DNA of 64,000 nt, taken from the NCBI RefSeq assembly GCF_009914755.1, contig NC_060928.1. One strand, written 5' to 3'. A program made the position numbers and the translations under genes. A model generated the notes under the pieces. That model saw nothing but the letters and a program-made list of their open reading frames with translations, made no database searches and had not been told where the DNA came from. How positions within the stretch are numbered: position 1 is the stretch's first letter; the number at the start of each line of letters is the position of its first letter. The DNA is from the human T2T-CHM13v2.0 reference genome, Homo sapiens. Positions 1-12,085 of this stretch are shown here, piece by piece.

Positions 1-152
1 ATATTTCGCACTGTCAGCCAGTTATCTAAAACTTATCTTGACATTGGATACTTTCAGTACTAAGATTTCTCGTTATTCAAAGGAGTAATATTCATACTCT
101 AGGGAACTTTGTTTTTAATCTATTCATATGCATACATTCTTTCTCCTTACCT

Positions 153-286
153 AAGGTGACTGTACATCCCAGTGTGCCAGGACAGTCCTGGTTTATGCCT
201 GTTTCATCCCAGTTTGATAAATAATTATATCCCATTTCACTCTTAAAATATGCCAGCTTGGACAGTAAGCCCCTGTGGCCCACCCA
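153..286. mobile_element. MER96-like hAT DNA transposon remnant
   Basis: Starts taaggtgac...ggacagtcctggtttatgcctg and ends ...ggcccaccc; resembles the recalled MER96B consensus with degenerate TIRs. Confidence 0.55.
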
Positions 287-959
287 CTCCATAATATTCT
301 CCCTTAATAGCATAATGTTTCAAAGATGTGCAGTTGGTGTTCCAAATAGTTACCTATCCAACTGAGTAGAAAGGGATGTATTTCTTCTCTACGTTATCTT
401 CAACTGATGAGTGATGAGGGAAACTACTTTAACAATGTTTCAGGAGATACATGGAATCACAGAAATATGGACATTATTGGCCTTATGATATACTTATCTA
501 AAGGAAATGGATATTGACAAATTGCTACACAGTATTGTAGTTTAGTTTATTTCTAGCCTAAAGCCAATATTAACTTTGGAAATCCCATGAAAGAGATGGT
601 GTTGAATAAGTATATTTGGAGAATTCAGTTCCATCAGTGAAGCAAACCGGTCATGCCAAATACTGCTGATTAATTGGGGAATACTCATTTGATTTTTGTT
701 CTGTCACTAATCTGAGCCTCGGTTCTCTAGAGAAAGTATTTTTTGATTAAGTTACCTTTTAAAATAAAAAATGTTAGAATAATTGAATATTCTGAAATAT
801 ACATGTATACTACATGTGTATATGTATAGCAGCCTAGTTCATTCTGCTACTGGTAAAACATGAGAACAGTATGCACTAAAGTCATTCTGTTGTCAGCTCA
901 CTGGGAGAAGCGTTGTTTCTGCCCTGTGTAGAGTGCAGCAGCATGCCTAAGTAGCATGA

Positions 960-1343
<384 letters not shown>

Positions 1344-2153
1344 CCTATTTTCATTCTTTCCTTTTGAACATATCAAATACAAAGCAGAAATTACAAATGC
1401 TAATCAGTTGCTCTCAAGGTCTTCATGGGCAGTACATACGCCACATGTAGAGAGAAAGACAGTTGCATCACACTGTCATCAGCTGCACTTGCCATATGCC
1501 ACTTAGAAGCGTGCTGTGTGACAAAGTGTGTATTCAGGGTGTAGGGTGACCACCAATATCTGATTTTGTTCATATTTCTACATTCCCTTTAAGGGACTCT
1601 GAAATGTTACCCCTGTTGGCCTCGGAGGATGGTTTTGTGCACTAAAGCAGATGTCAAAGGAGGTTAATCTATTGGGCTGTAAAATGCATATAACAATTAT
1701 TGTTGGCTATTATGTCTAACATGCTCATAAACCATGATGAGTGTTTTCTTTTTAATAAACTTCAGCACGCACAAAGAAATATGCGTCTGCATTACTCCAG
1801 ACATGTGGAATAATCTGTTTCTCAAGAAAGTTATAGAATGAGTAATTTGACACTAATAACAAGGAGACTATGTACTTACTGCCTTAGTTTGCGTATGTGC
1901 TTTCATAAGGCTTTGAGAGCATGGTCTTAATACGGGATCATTTTCTTTTTCCTAATGAATTTTTGCTAAAATAGTTTTCAGCAGGTCATAGCTGACAGGC
2001 TTTGGTTATCATTTTTAGTTCATTCATCCTCACACTTCTCCCTGGCCATAATTAAACTAAGACAGTGGAGGAAAGTCACACTAAAGAATGTGGGTGAGAA
2101 ACTAAATCAAGGTTTGTCTTCAGCCTAACAATGACCACGTTCTTCTCCTGCAG

Positions 2154-2290
2154 ACGGACAGGGTTGGAAAGGCTTTTAAGTACCTGGAAGCCGTCTTGTC
2201 CTTCATTGAGTGCGGAATTGCCACAGAGTCTGAAAGCCAGTCATCCAAGTCAGCTTACTCTGTCTACTCAGAAACTGTAGATCTCATTAA
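2154..2290 (+). CDS. AFF1: AFF1/AF4 C-terminal homology domain exon ([46 protein letters not shown])
   Basis: ttctcctgcag acceptor, AA|gtaagt donor, 137 nt, phase 0 to 2; peptide recognised as AF4/FMR2 family CHD. Confidence 0.95.
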
Positions 2291-2863
2291 GTAAGTGCCG
2301 AGTCATTGTGCTTTCCTCTTAAGTCCTTTTCTTTCCTCACCTTTATTGTTTTAATCCATTTGAACCTTAGTGTGAAGATGGCTCAATAAAGGGGAGCCTT
2401 AAAAAAGTTATTGGTCTAAGAACTAGTGTTTGTCCTGAAGTTGCGTTCTAGATGAAGTGCTAGCACAGAATAACTGGGTCCAACTGCATCATTTTGCTAA
2501 GTGCGCCAAGAAGTGCCAAAGCTTTGAGGGAGATTGGTTTTTCCAGTTTAGCTTTTTTATGAAGTGTCCTCTCCTCTCAGTTTAAGCCTTTGTTTACTTA
2601 CCTACATTTCAACAGGGGACTCAGTAAGGACACAACTTCACTTGGTTTCAAGAGGTAGACAAGCCACACAAGAGACGTGTACTCACCTAGTTTTCTCAAT
2701 GGCCTGGATTGTTGCTCTAAAGCCTTGGGTTTTTAAATTTTTTTCCTGTGATGCTCTCATCTCTTCTTCAGGAAAAGTCAATATAAAATGGAAACAAGCA
2801 TAGTAAGTTGTATTTGTGTCTGCCTTTGTTTAAAACCTGATGTACTTTTATATTTTCCTATAG

Positions 2864-2935
2864 ATTCATAATGTCATTAAAATCCTTCTCAGATGCCACA
2901 GCGCCAACACAAGAGAAAATATTTGCTGTTTTATG
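2864..2935 (+). CDS. AFF1: AFF1 exon (FIMSLKSFSDATAPTQEKIFAVLC)
   Basis: ttttcctatag acceptor, TG|gtgcgt donor, 72 nt, phase 2-2, in frame with neighbours. Confidence 0.93.
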
Positions 2936-3341
2936 GTGCGTATTTTCCTTTGTCTAAATAGTACTAAATTTGTTTTTGCATCTGTTGATGTTACAAAAAG
3001 ATTTTGAAATTTGTTTTCTTAATGTGAAAATTATGAAAAGCAAGTCAGTACTTTGGTCAAAAGGTTAATCCCTCACTGATAGTAATTCTTATAAAATGGT
3101 ATCTGCTGCCATTTTTCTGATGGCTTGGTAAATGCTTTGGTCTTGTGATATAAATTATATCCTTGTGTTTTCTACCAGCATTTACTTTTGGGATAGTATG
3201 AACAGAGCAGTAAGATACTTTACATACTAACTCACACAGGTGAGGCAAACCCGGTGTGTTCATTAGGCTATAAAAGGTTAGATGGCTGCTTTTCTGTAGT
3301 ATGATAGTCACGTGCAGTTTCACTTCTGTCTTTGTTCATAG

Positions 3342-3479
3342 CATGCGTTGCCAGTCCATTTTGAACATGGCGATGTTTCGTTGTAAAAAAGACATAGCAA
3401 TAAAGTATTCTCGTACTCTTAATAAACACTTCGAGAGTTCTTCCAAAGTCGCCCAGGCACCTTCTCCATGCATTGCAAG
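3342..3479 (+). CDS. AFF1: AFF1 exon (MRCQSILNMAMFRCKKDIAIKYSRTLNKHFESSSKVAQAPSPCIA)
   Basis: tttgttcatag acceptor, AG|gtaact donor, 138 nt, phase 2-2; overlaps ORF 3301..3483. Confidence 0.95.
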
Positions 3480-3738
3480 GTAACTCTAAGTCTAATATAA
3501 ATAATTTCCAGAATTGAGTCATTTCTTTATTTACTTCTTGCTTTTGCAACCATTTGTATGCTTACATATGTCACTTTGCCTTTTCAAAAATTGTTGGCTT
3601 CATCTGTTTGCTGGTTGCTCCTAAATTTAAATTATTAGCATATTTCTACCTTTTTGAGAAATAGTTATAAATCAAGGTTTTTGCTGATTGGAAAACATAA
3701 AAAGGTAATTGCAAAGAATATAGAATTGAAATTTTTGA

Positions 3739-4066
<328 letters not shown>

Positions 4067-4624
4067 GAGCTTTGAGGATCTTTAGATAAGCCTAAGAACA
4101 CAAAACAAGAGGCGGAGCCAACAGAACCAGAGCCAGAGTCCTTTCTCTCTCTGTATGTATGGACATAGCTTCTTGGCATTTCAGTAAACAAGAAATTTCC
4201 AGAGCCATATGCCACACCAGCAATACTAAGAATGAAAATGATTATCTTTAGCAAAATTTTTTTCCCCATTTTGTGAACTAAAATTGTTCATGTATGCTGT
4301 AAGTTATTAGAAAAAAAGAATCCTTGTACAAGTGTTTTTAAAGTGAAGCTGGAATTTTCTTCCCTGTAGTCCTTGCCTAGTATTTTTTAATTTGGTCATA
4401 CTCCTTGTGAAGTTCCTAGTTCTGATAAGCTTTGCTATTTTAAGAATATCACTTACACGACTGCCCTATTTCTAGCACATTCAAAAGAAGAGACTCCCAT
4501 ATGGCCTCTCTTAAAAAAGAAAGTCCTGATTAAGAAGCAACTTCGTATTACCTCTGAAGATTTTCATGGCTGCTGCATTGAGATATTATTCTAAGCTAAT
4601 AGATTGTCAATCACATTATTTACA

Positions 4625-5235
4625 TAACTCCTTCAATCATTTGTCCATCCAGTATATACTGAGCACCTTCTTCATACCAAGCCTTGTTTTAGGTACTGGG
4701 GATACAGCAGACAAGAACCACTGCCCTCATGGAGCTTTCACTCTACTCCTTGCAAATGTACATTCTGCTAGGTCCGTGCAGCCCAAACGGCAGGTGTAAC
4801 ATCATGAGGCTACTGCCGCTGAACCATCATCTTTCCATTTTATATTCATTAACTCTTTTTTATTTAGTCCACATTGAGTCACATGTTAACTTGCAGGTCC
4901 AGATATTCAGCCAAGAGTGGAGTAAAGAGGAGATAGAGTCTTCTGATGCATGATACTTAATATTAGTTCATTCATTGGCTCAGCAAGTATTTATCAGGAG
5001 CCTACTTCTAGCACCTATTGTGCTAAGTGCTAGTAATGCAAAAATTAGTGAGACATTATTTCTGCTGTGGCCCAGGAAAAGGAATAAACAGTAGATAAAT
5101 GTAAGAAAAGAGAGATGTTCAAGTGGTGGCAGAAAGGAAGCTGTGATATATCCAGGGTATCCACAGTGTCTAAAAGAATGCATGGTACAGAGCAGGTGCT
5201 CAGTTAGTGTTTACTGAGTGGATGAAAGGATGAAA
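4625..5235. mobile_element. Old L2 fragments
   Basis: L2-like motifs (ctgagcacc...tactggggatacagcag...tgccctcatggagctt; tcattcatt; gaatg/gatg-type tail). Confidence 0.5.
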
Positions 5236-5541
5236 TACAGGTGGGTGCACACACATACCTACATATGCATACATTACATACATAGAGTATTGTCTTACTA
5301 GGAGATTCCAGGCAGAGGAAGTAGACTATGCGAATGGCATGGGAAAGCATATTTGGAATACAGATTAGCCCAGCAGGGTGTCTCGTTGACCTTGTAGGAG
5401 TGACTTTAGCAGTGGTTATCATTTTGGCAGGTGTATAGTGAAACTTTGTGTCTTGGACTGTAGTTCCAGACACGTAAATCTGTGATCCAGGGGTCTACTG
5501 GTGACTGACTGATCAGTTATCTCTTCTCTTCCACCTCCCAG

Positions 5542-5765
5542 AAGCACAGGCACACCATCCCCTCTTTCCCCAATGCCTTCTCCTGCCAGCTCCGTAGGGT
5601 CCCAGTCAAGTGCTGGCAGTGTGGGGAGCAGTGGGGTGGCTGCCACTATCAGCACCCCAGTCACCATCCAGAATATGACATCTTCCTATGTCACCATCAC
5701 ATCCCATGTTCTTACCGCCTTTGACCTTTGGGAACAGGCCGAGGCCCTCACGAGGAAGAATAAAG
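5542..5765 (+). CDS. AFF1: AFF1 penultimate exon ((R)STGTPSPLSPMPSPASSVGSQSS...FDLWEQAEALTRKNK)
   Basis: Polypyrimidine tract plus tandem CAG/AAG acceptor (start 5542 or 5545), G|gtaaat donor; overlaps ORF 5573..5773. Confidence 0.95.
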
Positions 5766-6649
5766 GTAAATAAATGGCTTTGTGGTGGTAATTACTGGGG
5801 TGTTTGGATTGGGAGGAATAAACATTGGTTTATATTTTATAAGTTCAGTTTCTTGGAGAAAAGGGAATGTGTAGCTGTTTTACTTTAATTATATTTTCTC
5901 TATTCTGCCTCAAAACCTAGTTGCGGTTGTTCCTTGAGCACTGTGGCATGGAGCTGAGTTTCTGTGGCTAGATCTTAGCAAAACCAAAATACAAGTGGCT
6001 TTAGCGCCTTGCCCCTTCTGAAGCTCTGCTGTCATTACTTCAGCCTGAGCTGAAATGCTAGCTGAAAGGCAGGGCAAATGAAGAAGAGGAGCCACTGGCT
6101 GTTCCTAGGCCCAGCACATTGGAGATACAAAGTAGCATAACCCAAATACCGAGATTATTTGTTTTTAGTATATGTTAAGAAAGATAGTAGCTATGGTACG
6201 AGAGATACAGCGTAGTAAACATTATTGAGACTTGTTTGGGGAAGAAGACCCTTGGAGAAATGCAAGGTTCAGGAGAGTTGGAGCCAGCTGGCTGTAACTA
6301 CTTACTTTCGACATAGAGCCTCTTAGGGCCTTATCTGTCTTATCAAACTGATAATGCTTTTAACTTTTTTTTTTCATTAATGCATCCTTTGAGGCAAAGG
6401 TATAAATTTGGTGTTTTCCAAGTGCCAGCCATTGTGCTAAGCATTATGGATTCAGCTCTAAAGCAAACCTGGTTGGTAGTCTAGTGGAGAATTAGCAAGC
6501 AATTACAGTAGATTGTGATTTTTTTGATGTGATTAAGTGCAGAATATTGTGGGGACCTACCTTCTGGAACCTTGAATTTTTGTTTCCATTTTAATTTTTG
6601 TGTGTGCTTGTGTATTTACTTGTTTTTGTTTTGTTTTGTTTTTTTGCAG

Positions 6650-6771
6650 AATTCTTTGCTCGGCTCAGCACAAATGTGTGCACCTTGGCCCTCAACAGCA
6701 GTTTGGTGGACCTGGTGCACTATACACGACAGGGTTTTCAGCAGCTACAAGAATTAACCAAAACACCTTAA
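6650..6771 (+). CDS. AFF1: AFF1 last coding segment (EFFARLSTNVCTLALNSSLVDLVHYTRQGFQQLQELTKTP*)
   Basis: Long T-rich tract plus gcag acceptor; stop TAA at 6769-6771; matches the recalled AF4 C-terminus. Confidence 0.95.
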
Positions 6772-9561
6772 TGGAGCCCCAGGTTGATTCAATGCCTTGG
6801 GAACTATTTTTGCACATTGGAAGCCTCAAAAACAGTCCAGACGTTTGTTTCATCAGGACACCAAACTCTAAAAAAGAAGCACCACGAGATGGCCAGGACA
6901 TTTGTCCACTTAAACTCTCAACAACAGTGTGATCATTGGTTGGACACTGTGGTTATGCAGAAGCAGAGATGAGGAGGCTGGCCCCAGAGATGATCTTGCC
7001 CTTCCTAACTAAAGGACAGAAGTGCAATTTAGCTTAAATGGGTGTATGAATGGTCTAGAAACATTTCTATTTTTTTTTTAAACCAGCAGGATACAAGTTG
7101 CAAATGAAATGAGGAGAAACAGTTTCAACTCTGAAAGTGAATTTCACGTCATCTCAGTAGCCACGCTAGTCCATTCCCAGAAGGAAATTTTTTTTTTTAA
7201 CAATGACTTTTGGTAAAGGGTTTTGTGGATGATTTTTTTTCTTTTGAGTTTTGGGAGAAATATTTGTTTAATAACTTCTAATGGCCATCTGTAAACCATA
7301 AGTAATGAAGGACTCCACTGTGCCCCACTTTCTGCCAATGAACAGTGGCTTGATAATACCAAGTATTGTTGTAATTTATAAAATTGAAGGCAACCCCCGC
7401 TCCTGCCGCCCCCAATCTCCCCATTGCCTAGAGCGCTGCACATTGACCCCAGCTCTGACTTCTCATTACTGTGCTGAAAGTCAGCCCACGTCGGAGCGGT
7501 GAGGAGGAGCCACAGCACATGGGGTGCCACCTCGAGGTCTGCACAGGAGGACTTGGCGCTGCCATTTCCTACCCCTGCCATTTCCCACCCCTGCTTCAGC
7601 GAAAGGGACTCTCTAACAGGGCAGTCACTGTTGACTCTATTCTGAATTTCCTCCCTTGGGGAAGAAGGGAACCAACATTTATACCTGACCAGATGGCTAA
7701 AGTGCTTTTAAAGTTTTGTTTAAGTAGAGCTGGAATTTGAGGTGCTGATCTGTGGTCTACAGTTATGTGGTAACTCATGTTGTCCAGCCAACTCAGAGTT
7801 TCGTCAGTGAACAAGAAACATGAAATCTGCTTCTTAGAGAGGCTATATTTTTCTGCTACAAATATTTTATATTTATAGCAAAACTAGACTTTCAGAGTCC
7901 TTGATTGTCTAGGGGAAGTTAACTCCCTGAGAGGATGTAGAGATTTGGGGTGGTTGATTAGACTTTTGAAAAACTCATCACCACATGCCTTCACTCCAGA
8001 GTGTTCTCAGCTAGATTTGATTTGGTTGAGGAGGAACTGTGGCCCTCCGTAAGTTATTGCCATAGTGTATGCATTAAACCAAGTCCATTTTGAATGACCT
8101 AAAATGAAGTAACACAATCAGAAATCCCATGTGCCCATAAGCACAGATTTTTCTTTTTCATTGAAACTTTAAAGGTTATTATTGGAAACATTACTTTGAG
8201 TGCAGTGTTTTTAAAAGCCAATTCTTTTTTATCCCTTTTAGAAGTAGAATTTGCACACTTACTACAATTGAGGAGTGTCATCTCTATAACTTTTTCTCCG
8301 CCTTTGTCCCATTCTGCCCCTGTACATGTTTCCTACCAAGCATGTTTCACATTTTCCTATTAGTGGAGGAGGGAGAACCATATTTATTTATAATGAAGAC
8401 ATCTAAGATCCCTATGATGAATGCAGGAACTCTCTTGGTAGTTTGTAAATACACAAAGGGATGTGTCGAGGGATGGGAGCGATGCTTATCTCTCACAGTG
8501 TGAGTGGTCTGTGTGAGGCTGTTCCTTCAGTTTCTTCTCCAGACTGTTCTTTGGTTGTCACTTAAGTCAGAGGTCTGGTCCCTCATGTTTAGGTGAAAGC
8601 CAGAGAATGACAGCTGTAGTCATATCTGAGCATAAGACCTTGATGTGTGATTCCTGATGACCGGTTTCATTTATTCATGTTATAAAGCAAAGCCCTGGTC
8701 CTTTTTAAACTACTAGTTTTAAAAACCTGTGTTAAATGAACAGTAATTGCCTGGTAGGTTTGGTGTGTGTGTAGCATTGTGTGTCCATCTGTTATATGTA
8801 AAGGACAAGGCACCAGAATCAGGCTTTATTTCGATATTGAAGATGTTATTTAACATCTTTCTTTTTTCCTTACTCCCTTAGCCATCCCCTCCCCTTTTGT
8901 CCTATCATTCCCTAGAACAAGCCACCTGTCAATTGTGAAGGGTTGTGTTCTTTATGGCAGGTTCTATGCAGATTGTGCCAGAGCATGTGCGTGTTCTGTT
9001 GGCAAGCCACAGTGCTCCCTTGACTGAAGACATTTCCAGGTAGATTTCTCAGCCAGCTCTAAAACAGATTGCTTTTTCAGTGGCCTTACTCTTTGTGGGT
9101 TTTTTTTTTTTTCTCTGAACTTGATATAAAGATTTTATTTGTCCCTTGAAAAAGTAACAAATGTGCATAGATCAATTTGTACTACTTTGGTCATTGGATA
9201 TTTCTGATCCTTATTGCATTGTACCTAAAGGAGAGTAACTAATGGTAACCTTTTTAATAGAGTATGTGAAAGGTAGTGGCTGATGAATCCTTAACGTTCA
9301 TAGGGTCTTTTTGCTGTTACGGTTGTATATAGAGGTCTGAAGGATTTTTAAAATGATTTGCACTTTTTCACTGCATGCTTACAATTCCCAAAGGCAAAAT
9401 CTGTACTGAGGTAGATCATTTGAAAGGGCTAGATTATAAAATTAAGCCTTAGAGTATGGAAAGTTCTTATAACAATAATAGTACACACTTCAGAGTAAGA
9501 CAAATGCAAAGCATCTTAAGGAGTGAAAATAGAGTCTAAATCTTGCCTTTGGCACTACAAG

Positions 9562-9588
9562 GTGTGTGTGTGTGTGTGTGTTGTGTGT
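9562..9588. repeat. (GT)n microsatellite in AFF1 3'UTR
   Basis: gtgtgtgtgtgtgtgtgtgttgtgtgt. Confidence 0.9.
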
Positions 9589-10399
9589 CTTTAGTAGGAA
9601 ATGGAAGAACACTGTTTTATTTTTTAAAGTGTTTAATGTTTCTGTCCTTTCTGTGAATTATTGAATTTAAGAGCCCTGCTAAATAATGAAAAAACACTTT
9701 ACTAAAATTTATCAAATTATACTGGGTTCGGATTGTGAAAACATTGGCCACCTAGTAGCAGTGGTGAGGAGTGGGAGGGCCCAGCAAGCATTTATCAGAA
9801 ATAGAATCACAATAGGAGGAGAATTTGACTGTCTGATATTATGATTTGATTACAATACTGAATGGGAAAAGTATCTAATATTTTGTAACAAAAAGACCTT
9901 CATATTATCTGTTTTGACCAAAATATGTAGCTATTTCCCTTACACAGATTGGACCGCACTTATCTCCCTTGTCCTGTATCCTTTAATTTCAGGTCTCAGG
10001 ATGTTTAGAAAGCTAAAACCCCCTACCCCTTTCTGGCTGAAAACTTGCCTTATTTGGTATCTTACACATTAATGTTACTAGCATCAGGAGCTTACTGTTT
10101 TATTATGATTCATCTTCAGTAATTTTTAGAAGCAAGAAGAAAGCCATTGTGTCCTCTACAATTAACAAAACTTATCTCTGATATACAAAGGGATATAAAT
10201 ATATACACTTAAATAGAGAAAAAGAGGTTGATTGAATTGTGCCTTTGAGTGAACCCAGTTTTTAAATACCGCTGTGTTTGTTTCGCCATGGCTTCAGGGA
10301 TGCTACATGGCTCTTGCACCTTTTACTCCTCTGCTTTATGAAGTTTGAGTTGTATTTGTGCATCTTAAAGTAGGTTGAGGCTTGAGGCTGGGCTTTCGG

Positions 10400-10411
10400 G
10401 TTTTTTTGTTT

Positions 10412-10439
<28 letters not shown>
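10400..10439. repeat. (GTTTT)n repeat in AFF1 3'UTR
   Basis: Seen directly. Confidence 0.9.
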
Positions 10440-10442
<3 letters not shown>

Positions 10443-11847
10443 GTACTTAAACCTGCTTGCTTCCTACCACAGATTCTTTATTTTCCCAAACACTACAAAA
10501 AAACTTTTAAAACTTTGCCATTTCATCTGTTTACACTCTTTGCCACTGATTAGCAGTATTTAAATCTTGCAAGAATATTTTGTGCTTTCTTTAGAAACAC
10601 AAGAGTATAGATTTTTCTCACTGAAAAGTGAGAGTTACGCATTGCAGCCATGAAGGGATGCTAGGATCAATTATGGCAGTACCTTTTTTCCCCTCCTGTT
10701 CTTGAGCCAGTTGTCTCTTTTGTTTTGGGTCCCACTTAGGATTAACGGATGTAAGGTATTTTCCTGTGCCTTTATTTTGTGTCATTCTATTGGAAGGAGG
10801 TGTAACGGCAGAATAGCATCGTGTTGGGGGTTTTCCTTCAAACACTGCAAGTGATATTGCCACCATGTGAACCTCAAATATGCAATCCAGTTGTGTTGGT
10901 TTCTCGGTGACTTGGAGTGTTCATCTCTTCATGAATTGTGAGCACTGACCATGTTCTTCAGTTCTTAATTATGGTGAGTTGACAAATACCAACTACTGCT
11001 TTTCTTTAGGTGGCTATAAATTTCTTACTGTCAGGAGGAAATGACATTATATTCTGTTCCACTGAACGTCAGAGATCAGCAGGCACTGTACTGGGTAGAG
11101 AAGTGCCTATACTTCTCTACCTAAGAGGGCAGGAGGGAAACCCTACAGCTCCTTGTGAGCCTATATATTAGTATATCGGCCTGGAGAGGACAAGGGAATA
11201 AGACCACTCATAGTGAGGCTGGCCAAGCTGCACTGGTCGGACCAGGCAGTGGCTGACCTAAGGAAGACAACTTGCTTTGCTTAAAAGTAGATTTTTTAAG
11301 CAATGCTTAACACAGGCAGCATTCACCTTTGTTCAGGCCATCGACATGTATTGTTAAAATTACTGCATATCCCCCTCAGATATCAAGTATACACTGTTCA
11401 TGTTGGGGTTGTGTGTGTGTATGTGTGTATGTACGCACGCATGTGTCCCAAATCTTGTTTTAATTTTTTTTTTCTGAATGTGATCATGTTTTGGATGATA
11501 CCTGAGCAGGGTTGCCTTTTTTTTATTTATTACCATTATATATTATATTATATTATATATTTTTTGCTTTCTTATAACTTTGGAGGAAAGTCAAATCTTG
11601 GTATTATTAAAATTGTTTTAAAAAGGAGTAAATTTTCCAGTTGATAAATGAAAATCACTGGCCTATGTTTAATAAGTTTTTCTTTAATTACTGTGGAATA
11701 ACGTGCCAGCTATCATCAACACAATGATTTTGTACATAGGGTAGGGAAGCAGTGATGCTCTCAATGGGAAGATGTGCAACACAAATTAAGGGGAACTCCA
11801 TGTATTTTACCTACTTCAGCAATGGAACTGCAACTTGGGGCTTTGTG

Positions 11848-11853
11848 AATAAA
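11848..11853 (+). terminator. Candidate proximal poly(A) signal AATAAA (AFF1)
   Basis: Canonical hexamer with GT-rich sequence downstream. Confidence 0.5.
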
Positions 11854-12079
11854 ATTTAGCTGCCTTGTATAGTCGTTTGAAAGAATATGTGATCTGTGAG
11901 AGAATTATAGTTTTTTTTTAGAAGAAAAATCTGCAAAAGATCTTTCCAAAGACAATGTGCCACAGATCTTTTGTTCTCTGTAATGAGGATTAATTGCTGT
12001 TTAAACAAAAATGTAATTGTTCATCTTTAAATTCTTTCCTTTTCATAAGAGGATCAAGCTGTAAAAAAACAAAAAAATT

Positions 12080-12085
12080 AATAAA
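12080..12085 (+). terminator. Distal poly(A) signal AATAAA (AFF1)
   Basis: Canonical hexamer, several upstream TGTA elements, CA at 12099-12100 followed by G/T-rich sequence. Confidence 0.8.

Noticed and set aside
7144-7814. 145-aa minus-strand ORF and neighbours in the GC-richer part of the AFF1 3'UTR
   Set aside because: No recognisable homology or splice structure, and it crosses homopolymer runs; expected by chance
9746-9763. TGGCCACCTAGTAGCAGT as a CTCF site
   Set aside because: Mismatches at the key AG and GG core positions
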